This document shows, one piece after another, positions 37,739 to 46,834 of a DNA stretch of 64,000 nucleotides; the first letter of the stretch is position 1; every line of letters starts with the position of its first letter. A program made the translations under genes and the position numbers. Below the pieces are notes generated by a model, which was not told where the DNA came from, ran no database searches, and saw nothing but the letters and a program-made list of their open reading frames with translations. Origin of the DNA: an uncultured Lachnospiraceae bacterium (GTDB taxonomy: Bacteria; Bacillota; Clostridia; Oscillospirales; CAG-272); assembly GCA_964413365.1 (NCBI GenBank), contig CAYPRM010000006.1:446-64445 (forward strand), in the 5' to 3' direction.

Positions 37739-38050
37739 GTTTTTTTATATTTCTTCGCTTAAAAAATATCCGATTTTTATTTTATTTTTCAATATTCGCC
37801 GATTTCCGATGCGGATCGACCGCCTATTCAGCCTATGAACGCAATATGACGCTCTACCGCAGAGGTCGTGTAGGCGGCAGCTGCTCTGCCGGCGGAGCAG
37901 TACGGCTCTCAATATCCTTCGCTCACGCGGTGTAAGGGACAGCTTATAGCCTATATACCGTATCCTCCCACATTCTCCGCAAATACGCAGTCTGCCACGC
38001 GCGAGCGGCCTGCCGCACTCGCATATACGCAGCTTGGAGGATCTCAATAT

Positions 38051-38086
38051 AATAAAAAGGGGCGGTGCGCAAAAGAGCACCGTCCC
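38051..38086 (-). terminator. rho-independent terminator of the rpsF-ssb-rpsR operon
   Basis: 10-bp stem GGGACGGTGC/GCACCGCCCC followed by TTTTTATT on the minus strand. Confidence 0.8.
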
Positions 38087-38108
38087 GATCTTGCCGATTA
38101 TACGGCTA

Positions 38109-38363
38109 TTAGTCAGCAATGTAAGGAAGAAGAGCTACCTGACGTGCGCGCTTGATCGCCGTCGTGAGCTTTCTCTGATGCATTGCGCAGGTTCCGCTTA
38201 TTCTTCTGGGAAGGATCTTTCCGCGCTCGCTGATGAACTTTCTGAGCTTTGCGGAATCCTTGTAGTCGATATACGCTATATTATCCTCACAAAAGATACA
38301 AACCTTTTTCCTTCTGCGGTTGTTCGTGCGAACAGGGCGAGAAGTATTTTCTGTTCTTTCCAT
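38109..38363 (-). CDS. rpsR: 30S ribosomal protein S18
   Basis: RRRKKVC.FC...IDYKD...[24 protein letters not shown]. Confidence 0.97.
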   Translation of the reverse strand: MERTENTSRPVRTNNRRRKKVCIFCEDNIAYIDYKDSAKLRKFISERGKILPRRISGTCAMHQRKLTTAIKRARQVALLPYIAD

Positions 38364-38398
38364 ATTATGAAAACCTCCTATTTTATTTTGGTTGCTTG

Positions 38399-38860
38399 TC
38401 AGAACGGCAGATCGTCGTCTGTTTTGATCTCCTCAAAGCTGGGAGCCTCTGCTCCCGAGGAGAATGAAGGAGTGCCGTATGCATCAGGCACGTAGCTCGA
38501 CGAAGCGGAGCTCTCCGAGCGAGAATCAACAAACATAGCGTCGTCGATCACGACCTCGGTGGAATAACGCTTTGCGCCCGTGTTGTCGTTCCAAGATCTT
38601 GTCTGGATCGAGCCTGTAACGCAAAGGGAGCTTCCCTTCTTGAAGTATCTCGAGATAAATTCGGCGGTATTTCTCCATGCAACACAGCTGATGAAATCAG
38701 CCTGAGAATTGGACTGCCCGTCGGCACTCTTTGAGGTAAATCTGCGATTTACCGCAAGGGTAAAGGATACGACGGCGATACCGCTCTGTGTCTGCTTAAG
38801 CTCGGGATCTGCGGTAAGTCTGCCGCAAAGCACGACCTTATTTAAGTTGAGATTTGCCAT
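38399..38860 (-). CDS. ssb: single-stranded DNA-binding protein
   Basis: [22 protein letters not shown]... and C-terminal DDDLPF tail. GGAGG RBS. Confidence 0.95.
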   Translation of the reverse strand: MANLNLNKVVLCGRLTADPELKQTQSGIAVVSFTLAVNRRFTSKSADGQSNSQADFISCVAWRNTAEFISRYFKKGSSLCVTGSIQTRSWNDNTGAKRYSTEVVIDDAMFVDSRSESSASSSYVPDAYGTPSFSSGAEAPSFEEIKTDDDLPF

Positions 38861-38879
38861 CTTGCCTTCCTCCGTGCTA

Positions 38880-39305
38880 TCACTCAGCGTCCGTTTCTTC
38901 AACGGTCTGTGCGAGCTCAGCCTCAACTGCCTCAGCAGCAGCGGCAGCGGCAGCAGCCTCAGCTGCAGCTATACGAGCAGCCTTCGCAGCGTTGTTCTTT
39001 TCGATCGCCTTAACGTCAAGCTTTATCGTCATCGAACGCATAACACTTTCATCAATGTTAAGCAGACGGTCAAGCTCAGCGGGGAAATCGGAAGCTGTCT
39101 TGAAGGTTACTACGGTGTAGTAGCCCTCTGCCTCGTCATTGATGAGGTAAGCAAGGCGACGTCTGCCCCACTCAGCAACCTCAACGATCTCAGCATTCTC
39201 AGCTATCAACGTTGTGAATTTGTTCACCGTTTCCTTAGCGGCATCTTCTCCGTTTGCAAGGCTGACGATGAACAGGTTTTCATAAGAATTGATTACCTTT
39301 TCCAT
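38880..39305 (-). CDS. rpsF: 30S ribosomal protein S6 with an Ala-rich C-terminal extension
   Basis: YENLFIV...WGRRRLAY.I. The tail AAKAARIAAAEAAAAAAAAEAVEAE is encoded by GCN repeats. Confidence 0.93.
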   Translation of the reverse strand: MEKVINSYENLFIVSLANGEDAAKETVNKFTTLIAENAEIVEVAEWGRRRLAYLINDEAEGYYTVVTFKTASDFPAELDRLLNIDESVMRSMTIKLDVKAIEKNNAAKAARIAAAEAAAAAAAAEAVEAELAQTVEETDAE

Positions 39306-39388
39306 AATTTTTACACCTCCCTATGGACTTTAAGTTCGTGCTAAGACTATTTTTGCACGACAGAGAGACGGACTTCTATCCGTATCAC
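39306..39388 (-). promoter_or_regulatory. rpsF 5' leader (candidate S6:S18 autoregulatory element)
   Basis: About 80-nt leader between the promoter and the RBS, with hairpin potential (GATACGGATAGAAGTCCGTCTC). The assignment is based on position only. Confidence 0.3.
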
Positions 39389-39394
39389 TCAACC

Positions 39395-39422
39395 ATTATA
39401 ACAGATTTTTGGATTTTGTCAA
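39395..39422 (-). promoter_or_regulatory. sigma-A-type promoter of rpsF-ssb-rpsR
   Basis: Minus strand: TTGACA, 16 nt spacer, TATAAT. Confidence 0.6.
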
Positions 39423-39482
39423 GGGATTTTTGCAATTTTTTTCACATTTTGGGCGATATGGGCGCAGATGTGGAATTTCCTC

Positions 39483-39511
39483 TTGCATTTTGAGCCGGAA
39501 GTTGCTATAAT
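39483..39511 (+). promoter_or_regulatory. sigma-A-type promoter of hprK
   Basis: TTGCAT, 17 nt spacer, TATAAT. Confidence 0.5.
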
Positions 39512-39540
39512 ATAGATAATGACCGTATTTGGAGGTAGAT

Positions 39541-40473
39541 ATGGATAAATTCAAGTATTCGATAACGCTGGACAAGCTCATAGAGGAGCTTCAGTTTGAG
39601 GAGATATATATGCCCCTTCCCGCAGGGGAGATAAAGGTAATGAACCCCGAGGTCAACCGTCCGGGGCTTGCACTCGCGGGATTTCTGACGGTCTTTGAGC
39701 CGACGAGGATACAGCTGATCGGTCGCGCCGAGCTGCAATATCTCAGCGAGATCACGCCCGAGCTTAGAGATGCGCGCCTTGACGCATTCTTTGCACAGCG
39801 CCCCGTTGCGGTGGTCGTAACGACGAATTTCGATGTTGGCGAGGAGCTTTTGCGTCCTGCGGAGCGTTACGGCGTTCCGATCCTGCGCACCAAGGAAAAG
39901 ACGAGTCCCATTCAGGCAACGCTCATTGCATCTCTCAATACCCACCTTGCGAACAGGATCACACAGCACGGCGTACTCGTAGAGGTCTACGGTGAGGGTG
40001 TGCTCATTCTCGGAGATAGCGGAATAGGCAAAAGCGAAACGGCGATAGCACTCGTCGAGCGCGGGCACAGGCTTATTGCCGATGACGCGGTCGAGATCAA
40101 GAGAGTCAGCGCAAAAACTCTCGTCGGAACTGCGCCCGAGGTGATAAGGCACTATGTCGAGCTTCGCGGAATAGGTATAATCGACGTTCGCCGCATCTAC
40201 GGTATGGGTGCGGTCAAGATGAGTGAAAAGATAGATCTCGTCATCCGCCTCGAGCCGTGGGAGGAGGGCAAGATGTACGACAGATTCGGGCTTGACGATC
40301 AGGTATATAATATTCTCGGGATCGACATACCCCTGATCACCGTTCCCGTCCGCCCCGGAAGGAGCTTGCCGATAATCCTTGAGATCGCGGCAATGAACCA
40401 CCGCCAGAAGAAAATGGGCTATAATACCGCCGCCGAGCTTGAAAAAAGCCTGCTCGAGCAGTTTAGTGAATAA
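39541..40473 (+). CDS. hprK: HPr kinase/phosphorylase
   Basis: GVLILGDSGIGKSETAIALVERGHRLIADD. GGAGG RBS before MDKFKY. Confidence 0.95.
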   Translation: MDKFKYSITLDKLIEELQFEEIYMPLPAGEIKVMNPEVNRPGLALAGFLTVFEPTRIQLIGRAELQYLSEITPELRDARLDAFFAQRPVAVVVTTNFDVGEELLRPAERYGVPILRTKEKTSPIQATLIASLNTHLANRITQHGVLVEVYGEGVLILGDSGIGKSETAIALVERGHRLIADDAVEIKRVSAKTLVGTAPEVIRHYVELRGIGIIDVRRIYGMGAVKMSEKIDLVIRLEPWEEGKMYDRFGLDDQVYNILGIDIPLITVPVRPGRSLPIILEIAAMNHRQKKMGYNTAAELEKSLLEQFSE

Positions 40474-40519
40474 AAATTTTTCTTACACTTTCGCGCCTTA
40501 GGGCAAAAGGAGGTCAACT

Positions 40520-41302
40520 GTGCAAGGCAGCAACGACTACACCGCCATTTCGGGCATTTACGACAAAATAAATTCAAATATCGACTATGCGTCATGGGCC
40601 GACTTCTTTGAAAAATGCTTTGACCGCTACCTTTCAAGCCGTCCCGAGCTCGTTCTCGATCTCGCCTGCGGCACGGGCAGTATGACGCTCGAGCTCGCCT
40701 CACGCGGCTACGACATGATCGGCATTGACGCTTCGTCCGACATGCTGAACGTCGCCTACGAGCGCAAATACGGCATGGAGCTTGACCACGACGTTCTGTT
40801 TCTTCTTCAGGATATGCGAGAATTTGAGCTGTACGGCACGGTGGGTGCGGTCTGCTGTTGCCTTGACAGTATAAATTATCTCACGGGCGACGGCGAGCTT
40901 GACACCTGTCTCTCCCTCGTTCACAACTATCTCGATCCGAGCGGTCTGTTCCTCTTCGACGTGAACACGCCCCACAAATTCGAGTCGGTCTACGGCAACA
41001 ATTCCTACGTTTACGAGGAGGATGACTGCGGCGAGGGCACGCTCTGCGTCTGGCAGAACTATTACGATGCGCAGACCTCGCTCTGTGATTTCTCACTCAC
41101 CGTTTTTGAGCGCGATTCGGGAAGCGGTCTTTACTCACGCCGCGACGAACAGCAATGCGAGCGTTGCTATACTCGAGCAGAGCTTGAGCGTGCGCTTGCA
41201 AAAAACGGCTTTGAGCTTATCGGGATATATTCCGATTTCAATTTCACCCCCGCCTCAGGAACTGACGAGCGCTGGTACGTAGCCGCAAGAGCCATAAAAT
41301 AA
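40520..41302 (+). CDS. class I SAM-dependent methyltransferase
   Basis: GTG start 6 nt after AGGAGG. Motif I LDLACGTGSMT. Confidence 0.85.
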   Translation: MQGSNDYTAISGIYDKINSNIDYASWADFFEKCFDRYLSSRPELVLDLACGTGSMTLELASRGYDMIGIDASSDMLNVAYERKYGMELDHDVLFLLQDMREFELYGTVGAVCCCLDSINYLTGDGELDTCLSLVHNYLDPSGLFLFDVNTPHKFESVYGNNSYVYEEDDCGEGTLCVWQNYYDAQTSLCDFSLTVFERDSGSGLYSRRDEQQCERCYTRAELERALAKNGFELIGIYSDFNFTPASGTDERWYVAARAIK

Positions 41303-41304
41303 AC

Positions 41305-41336
41305 AAAAATCACACCGAGAGGTGTGATTTTTGTTT
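41305..41336. terminator. bidirectional rho-independent terminator
   Basis: AAAAATCACACC-GAGA-GGTGTGATTTTT. Confidence 0.85.
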
Positions 41337-41347
41337 TAGGTGGGATA

Positions 41348-42382
41348 TTATTTCTCGTACTCGTATCCCCAGATATCAAATCCCGTGGTAAGCTTTCCGA
41401 AGATATACTTACTGCAAGCGGACTCGCAATTTACGACGATCCTACCGTCAAGGCAGACGAGCTCCTCACTCATCGGCGGTGCGGTAACGACGTTGACGAG
41501 GCACGAGCGGTTATTATCGTCGAGGACGTAGCAGGGGAGCGTGAAATCGAACGATCTTTCCTCCTCACCGACGGTGATAGTACCTGCGTAGTTATAGTTA
41601 TCTATCTTATAGAGGTTTGAGAGGTCGTAGAAGAACAGCTCCGAGCTATTGAAGCCCCACGAGGTGGAGATGACCATCTGTCCCTCGGGCGTGATGCATA
41701 TTCCCTGCACCATTTCCCTTGCGGAGATAAGTGCCACGGGTGTGGGATCAATGCCGAGAGGCTTAGTCTTATCAAGTTTGAACACCGTCATCATCGAAGT
41801 GTTCGTATATCCGTTCGGAGTTTCGAGCCTTTCATGCTCGGGGGTGATATAAACGCTTCCGTCCCTATGGAACGCGCCTGCGATGATATAATCGCCGTAG
41901 ACGTAGCAATGTGCGGGACAGTTGAAGGTCTCGACCGTTCCTATCTGCTTTACGGTCTCCCTGCCTGCAAGGATATCCTCAGCGGTGAAGGTATCGAGTC
42001 CGTGCGTATCCTCGCCCGTGATATAGACATATTTATCAAATATTTCGATTCCGCCCGTATGGTCGGTATATTCCGTGCCGTCAGCGTTAAGGAGCTTAGT
42101 ATAGGTAACTCTTCCGTCCTCAGCCACGACATAGACGCGCGATGCGCTGCCGTCGCTCATATATCCTGTGATAAGGAAGGTATGCGAGCTTTCGATATAG
42201 GTCATTCCCTGCGGAACGAATTTGGAGTCTGCAACGCCCGGAGTCTTTATGACCGCCTCGGCATTATTATAAAATTCCGCCGCGCGTATGTAGTCGAAAA
42301 GCTTGAAGCCGAGAACGCCCACAAGCAAAACGACCATAACGACAGCAAGGATTATAGCTACTACTCTGAGTGCACCTGACAT
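41348..42382 (-). CDS. hypothetical N-terminally anchored extracytoplasmic protein (beta-rich)
   Basis: AGGAGG RBS. TM segment VVAIILAVVMVVLLVGVLGF. 344 aa. No motif recognised. Confidence 0.7.
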   Translation of the reverse strand: MSGALRVVAIILAVVMVVLLVGVLGFKLFDYIRAAEFYNNAEAVIKTPGVADSKFVPQGMTYIESSHTFLITGYMSDGSASRVYVVAEDGRVTYTKLLNADGTEYTDHTGGIEIFDKYVYITGEDTHGLDTFTAEDILAGRETVKQIGTVETFNCPAHCYVYGDYIIAGAFHRDGSVYITPEHERLETPNGYTNTSMMTVFKLDKTKPLGIDPTPVALISAREMVQGICITPEGQMVISTSWGFNSSELFFYDLSNLYKIDNYNYAGTITVGEEERSFDFTLPCYVLDDNNRSCLVNVVTAPPMSEELVCLDGRIVVNCESACSKYIFGKLTTGFDIWGYEYEK

Positions 42383-42436
42383 TTTTCTATTCCTCCTGCT
42401 TTCTGCTTTATAAATATAAAATTCCGATCCCTCGGA

Positions 42437-42751
42437 TCAGTTAAGGCCGAGGGCAAAGTCCTCAAGCTCATCTGCATCGAGCGTACCGATGTTTCTCTTT
42501 ACCTCAGCACCGCCCGAGAAAAGGATCACGGTGGGTATGCTCATTATTCCGTACCTTTTTGCGACCTCGCCGAGCGTATCGACGTCGATCTTTACACATT
42601 CGAGCTCCGAGTGCTCAAGTGCAAGCTCCTCAAATACGGGCGCGAACATTTTACAGGGGCCGCACCACGTTGCAAAAAAGTCAACGAGCACGGGCTTTTC
42701 GCCTGCAAGAAGGAGATCCAGCTCCTCCGCTGTATTGATAATGTGTGCCAT
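42437..42751 (-). CDS. trxA: thioredoxin
   Basis: WCGPCK active site. ATG at 42751 is preferred over GTG at 42757 on RBS spacing. Confidence 0.95.
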   Translation of the reverse strand: MAHIINTAEELDLLLAGEKPVLVDFFATWCGPCKMFAPVFEELALEHSELECVKIDVDTLGEVAKRYGIMSIPTVILFSGGAEVKRNIGTLDADELEDFALGLN

Positions 42752-42753
42752 TT

Positions 42754-43314
42754 TCACATTCCTTTCCCGAGATCTCTCTCGATCATGATCCTACCGCTCT
42801 CCAGCTCCCGAATTGACAGAGCTCCGTCCTCATATATCATATATGAGCGCGGATTTCCCTCCTTCGGATAGGTGGTCGAGCCGGGATTCACATATAGTCT
42901 TCCCTCTCCTATTTCTTCTATACACGGAACGTGAGTATGCCCGTGCACGAGAAGCTCGCCCCTACCGAGAGAGGCGCAGGAGCTCTTATTTATCTTATGC
43001 CCGTGCGTGAGGAGCATCCTATGTCCGTCGATGCAGAGGTAGGCATATTCCGCCATTATCGGAAAGCTCAGCACCATCTGATCGACCTCCGAATCACAGT
43101 TTCCGCGAACGCAGAGCAGCTCGCTCGATAGCCCGTTGAGCAGTTCGATCACCGCCTTGGGATCGTACGTCGGCAGGATGGTATTCCGCGGCCCGAAATA
43201 GAGCAGGTCGCCGAGCAAGATCAGCTTCTCCGCTCCCTCCCTGCGGTATGCGTCCACAGTAAGCCTTGCGCACGCGATATCTCCGTGTATATCGGAGGCA
43301 AACATTAATTTCAT
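42754..43314 (-). CDS. YfcE-type metallophosphoesterase
   Basis: Start at MKLMFASDIHGD. LGDLLYFGPRN, GNCD, THGH, GHTH motifs. Confidence 0.85.
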   Translation of the reverse strand: MKLMFASDIHGDIACARLTVDAYRREGAEKLILLGDLLYFGPRNTILPTYDPKAVIELLNGLSSELLCVRGNCDSEVDQMVLSFPIMAEYAYLCIDGHRMLLTHGHKINKSSCASLGRGELLVHGHTHVPCIEEIGEGRLYVNPGSTTYPKEGNPRSYMIYEDGALSIRELESGRIMIERDLGKGM

Positions 43315-43361
43315 TCTGTAAATTTTCCTTAAAAAATTAGTTTTTTGAGCCAAAAGCAAGG

Positions 43362-43391
43362 CTCGGGGAGAATCGCAAGGATCTCCCCGAG
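43362..43391 (-). terminator. putative terminator after the efp operon
   Basis: CTCGGGGAGA...TCTCCCCGAG 10-bp stem followed by a T-containing tract on the minus strand. Confidence 0.5.
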
Positions 43392-43440
43392 TTACTTATA
43401 TCATAAGTTAGATCCTTGACAGCTCAAGCCGATAGCAATA

Positions 43441-43938
43441 TTACTCGCCGTCGGTAACGCCATCCGTATCGCCCTCGTCCTCATCCTCGTCCACGAACTC
43501 GCAGGAGAATTTCTCGCCGCAAGCGGGGCAGGTAAGGCTCTCGGGATCAATGCTCTCGTCGAAGCATACTACCTCTCCGCAGGAGGGGCACTCGACCTCG
43601 AAGAAGGACTCGCCGCAGTCGCAGTCGCAATCGCAGTCAAGATCGTCATCATCGCCGCCGAACTCGCACTCGTCGCAGTCGCCCTCGCAATCGCAATTCT
43701 CGCAATCGCCGTCGCACTCCTCGTCAAGGAAGTCCTCAACGTCCGCAAGGTCGTCGTCGATCTCCTCGATGTAGCCCTGAAGATCCTCAAGATCGTCATT
43801 GATAGCCTCGACCTCATCGGAAATGTCCGAAACGAGATCGATAAGCGCAGCAAGGATCTTGCCCTCGGGAGTCGTTCTGTCGAATTCAACGCCGTCAGCA
43901 AGTCCGCGCAGATAAGCAGCCTTTTCGTAAAGTGTCAT
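43441..43938 (-). CDS. highly acidic Cys-rich zinc-ribbon protein (resembles the Clostridial CD1247 N-terminal-domain family, from memory)
   Basis: N-terminal helical YEKAAYLRGLADG. Asp/Glu-rich. CDGDCENCDCEGDCDEC...DCDCDCDC. CPSCG...CPACG zinc ribbon. Confidence 0.7.
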   Translation of the reverse strand: MTLYEKAAYLRGLADGVEFDRTTPEGKILAALIDLVSDISDEVEAINDDLEDLQGYIEEIDDDLADVEDFLDEECDGDCENCDCEGDCDECEFGGDDDDLDCDCDCDCGESFFEVECPSCGEVVCFDESIDPESLTCPACGEKFSCEFVDEDEDEGDTDGVTDGE

Positions 43939-43979
43939 AATTTACTCCTTTCGCCAAATGGCTCAAAAATTTACGGCGA

Positions 43980-44540
43980 TCACGCGCGAGAGAGATATTC
44001 GCCCGTTCTCGTGTCTATCTTGAGTACCTCACCCTCGTTGATGAAGAGCGGTACCTTGATAACTGCGCCTGTCTCAAGCGTTGCGGGCTTGAGTGTGTTC
44101 GTAGCGGTGTTGCCTGCAAAGCCGGGATCGGTCTGCGTAACAGCAAGCTCAACGAACGTGGGGGGCTCAACGCTGAATACGTTGCCCTTGTAGGAGATGA
44201 TCTTTACCATCATCTCTTCCTTAACGAACTTAAAGTTTTCACCGAGCTTTTCCTTATTGAGGGGAAGCATATCGTATGTTTCCATATCCATAAAGTAATA
44301 AAGATCTCCGTCGGTGTAGGAATACTGCATATCCTTTCTGTCGATATGCGCGTTTTCGAACTTATCGGTAGGGTTAAAGGATCTCTCGATAACGCCACCG
44401 GTAATAACGTTCTTCATCTTGGTTCTAACGAAAGCAGCGCCTTTTCCGGGCTTTACGTGCTGAAATTCAACAACCTGCCAAACAGTACCGTCGCCCATAT
44501 CAAAGGTAACGCCGTTTCTGAAATCACCAGCCATAATCAT
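43980..44540 (-). CDS. efp: elongation factor P
   Basis: [15 protein letters not shown]. 186 aa. GGAGG RBS. Confidence 0.97.
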   Translation of the reverse strand: MIMAGDFRNGVTFDMGDGTVWQVVEFQHVKPGKGAAFVRTKMKNVITGGVIERSFNPTDKFENAHIDRKDMQYSYTDGDLYYFMDMETYDMLPLNKEKLGENFKFVKEEMMVKIISYKGNVFSVEPPTFVELAVTQTDPGFAGNTATNTLKPATLETGAVIKVPLFINEGEVLKIDTRTGEYLSRA

Positions 44541-44585
44541 AGTATAAGTACCTCCATAATGCGTTTTCGCATAGTTTTACGACTT

Positions 44586-44614
44586 ATTATAAAACATTTT
44601 TCTCTATTTTGCAA
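44586..44614 (-). promoter_or_regulatory. sigma-A-type promoter of efp
   Basis: Minus strand: TTGCAA, 17 nt spacer, TATAAT. Confidence 0.55.
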
Positions 44615-44728
44615 TAGTTTTTTATGGATTTTTGAAAAAAATTCAGAAAAATACGAAAAAATAAACAAAATGAGCGTTGCGTGAGCGGTTTTTGAGGCTG
44701 AAGCTTGAAAAAATCAAGGTGTCGCACC

Positions 44729-44809
44729 CATCATTAGCACGAAGTGCTAACATCATTTGCCGTAGGCGACGTACAATGCTCGCTGTGCGAGCAAGTGGCG
44801 TTCTGCCAC
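44729..44809 (+). repeat. copy B of multi-hairpin intergenic repeat family (module order shuffled)
   Basis: CATCATTAGCACGAAGTGCTAACATCATT is identical to copy C. It is followed by GCC-GTA-GGC, GCTCGC-TGT-GCGAGC and GTGGC-GTTCT-GCCAC. Confidence 0.75.
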
Positions 44810-44889
44810 GCCGCGCGGATCTTTTGCGACTACACCCCCCTTAATTTCAACAAATCCTATATTATTATATATTAAAGTTTGAAAAACAG

Positions 44890-44918
44890 TTGACAAATCA
44901 TAAAAAAAGTATTAAAAT
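44890..44918 (+). promoter_or_regulatory. sigma-A-type promoter of the yicC-led operon
   Basis: TTGACA, 17 nt spacer, TAAAAT. Confidence 0.55.
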
Positions 44919-44959
44919 AAACTGAATATATATTTTTATTTTCAAAAAGGATGTTATCT

Positions 44960-45847
44960 ATGTTAAAAAGCATGACCGCGTTCGGCAGGCACACCGATAT
45001 CGTAAACGGAAAAAGTATAACCGCGGAAATCAAAAGCGTCAACAACCGCTATTTCGATTGCTCCGTCAGGATCTCAAGATCCTACTCCTTCCTCGAGGAA
45101 AGGATCAAGCCCTATCTTCAAGCCCACGGAATAAGTCGTGGAAAGGTCGACGTTTCCATAACTGTCGAGCCTATGGGAGCCTCCGAGCTATCCATTACCC
45201 TCAATGAGGATTATGCACGCGCATACTACGATGCTCTGTGCAGGCTCAAGGATATGCTGGATCTTCAGGGTGAGATAACCCTTGCCTCACTTCAGCGCGA
45301 TCCCAACGTTTTCTCCGTCTCCAAGCTCTCCGAGGATGAGGAGCAGGACTGGACGGACGTTGAGCAGGTGCTCGCCGTGGCACTCGAGAAATTCATTGCT
45401 GCCCGTGAGCGTGAGGGCTCGAGCATTGAGTCCGATCTCCGCTCAAAGGCCGCGGAAATTCAAAAAATGGTCGACGTCATCGAGGCGCACAGCGAGGAGG
45501 ACATCACCTCCTACCGCTCAAGGCTCGAGGAAAAGCTCCGCACCGTTCTCTCCGACAACAGGATAACGCTCGACGAGGGCAGGATACTTACCGAGTGTGC
45601 AATCTTCGCCGACAGAGTTGCCGTTGACGAGGAGATCGTCAGACTGCGCTCCCATTTCAAGGCGTTCGACGGCATACTCGCGTCAACAGAGCCTGCGGGA
45701 CGCAAGCTGGACTTCCTGATGCAGGAGATGAACCGCGAGACGAACACCATCGGCTCGAAATGCTCGGATTCTGAGATCGCGCACATCGTTGTGAACGTAA
45801 AATGCGAGCTTGAGAAGATCCGTGAGCAGATACAGAACATTGAATGA
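44960..45847 (+). CDS. yicC: YicC/YloC family endoribonuclease
   Basis: MLKSMTAFG start and C-terminal REQIQNIE. Confidence 0.9.
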   Translation: MLKSMTAFGRHTDIVNGKSITAEIKSVNNRYFDCSVRISRSYSFLEERIKPYLQAHGISRGKVDVSITVEPMGASELSITLNEDYARAYYDALCRLKDMLDLQGEITLASLQRDPNVFSVSKLSEDEEQDWTDVEQVLAVALEKFIAAREREGSSIESDLRSKAAEIQKMVDVIEAHSEEDITSYRSRLEEKLRTVLSDNRITLDEGRILTECAIFADRVAVDEEIVRLRSHFKAFDGILASTEPAGRKLDFLMQEMNRETNTIGSKCSDSEIAHIVVNVKCELEKIREQIQNIE

Positions 45848-45891
45848 GTGCAAAAGTGCTCTCAGAAAGGACTAATGACGGGTAGACAGGT

Positions 45892-46164
45892 ATGAAATTC
45901 ATCAATATAGGCTTTGGAAACATGGTAGCGGTCGAGCGCATCGTAGCGATAGCAAGCCCCGATTCCGCACCGATAAAACGCCTTGTGCAGGACGCCAAGG
46001 AGGGTGGCAGGACAATCGACGTCTCCTGCGGCAGGCGCACAAGAAGTGTAATAATCACCGATTCGGAGCACGTGATACTCTCTGCGATACAGGCGGAAAC
46101 GATAGCGAACAGAGTTGACGACACGTCCTACGACGATGAGGAAAGTGAGGATAGCGAGGAATGA
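45892..46164 (+). CDS. remA: RemA/DUF370 family regulator
   Basis: INIGFGNMV...[13 protein letters not shown]....A......ID...GRRTR. Confidence 0.9.
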   Translation: MKFINIGFGNMVAVERIVAIASPDSAPIKRLVQDAKEGGRTIDVSCGRRTRSVIITDSEHVILSAIQAETIANRVDDTSYDDEESEDSEE

Positions 46165-46772
46165 GCCGCGGACTTTTGATAGTAGTATCGGGCCCTGCCG
46201 GAAGTGGCAAGGGCACGGTCAATTCACAGCTCGTAGCGTCGGGAGATTTCGTTTTCTCCGTTTCTGCGACCACACGCGCACCGAGACCGGGTGAGGTCAA
46301 CGGTGTAAATTACCATTTCATCAGCAAGGAGGAATTCGAGCGCCGTATAGCGGAGGGCGGATTCCTTGAATACACCACATATTGCGGAAATTACTACGGC
46401 ACTCCCCTTCGTGAGACTCTGGCGATCCTCGAAAGTGGCAAAAATCTGATCCTCGAGATCGAGTGTGAGGGTGCAAAGAACGTCAAGCGCATCTTCCCCG
46501 ATGCGGTGCTGATCATGCTCATTCCGCCGACCTTCGCAATACAGGAGGAGCGGCTTCGCGGCAGGGGCACGGAGACCGAGGAGGTAATACGTGCGCGTCT
46601 TGACAAGGCGAAGCGTGAGATAATGCAGATAAACGAATACGACTACATAGTTTACAACTACAACGGCGGCAGCTCGGTCGCCGCGGACGACATCAGGGCA
46701 ATAGTACGTGCGGAGCAACACGCTCAGCACCGCCAGCCCGACGCCGCCGCAAAATACCTCGGAGAGGTATAA
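46161..46772 (+). CDS. gmk: guanylate kinase
   Basis: [11 protein letters not shown]-loop, ATTR, Y.F.S.EEF. Confidence 0.95.
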   Translation: MSRGLLIVVSGPAGSGKGTVNSQLVASGDFVFSVSATTRAPRPGEVNGVNYHFISKEEFERRIAEGGFLEYTTYCGNYYGTPLRETLAILESGKNLILEIECEGAKNVKRIFPDAVLIMLIPPTFAIQEERLRGRGTETEEVIRARLDKAKREIMQINEYDYIVYNYNGGSSVAADDIRAIVRAEQHAQHRQPDAAAKYLGEV

Positions 46773-46834
46773 ATACACATTGAAAATTTTGGTTTTTAAC
46801 CTGTAAATTATTTATTTTTAAGGAGAATATAAAA

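Noticed and set aside
37745-38119. 124-aa minus-strand ORF considered as a small zinc-ribbon/HTH regulator.
   Set aside because: The only ATG overlaps the rpsR 3' end and the rpsR terminator lies inside the ORF. There is no RBS for internal starts and the sequence is about 25% Arg. It is kept only as a low-interest finding.
39505-40401. 298-aa minus-strand ORF.
   Set aside because: It is antisense to hprK (P-loop and signature present on the plus strand).
43590-43700. Short-period repeats (GCAGTC/GCAATC) that could be mistaken for a mini CRISPR or satellite.
   Set aside because: They lie inside a well-supported ORF and encode the Cys-Asp tract. There is no spacer-repeat architecture.
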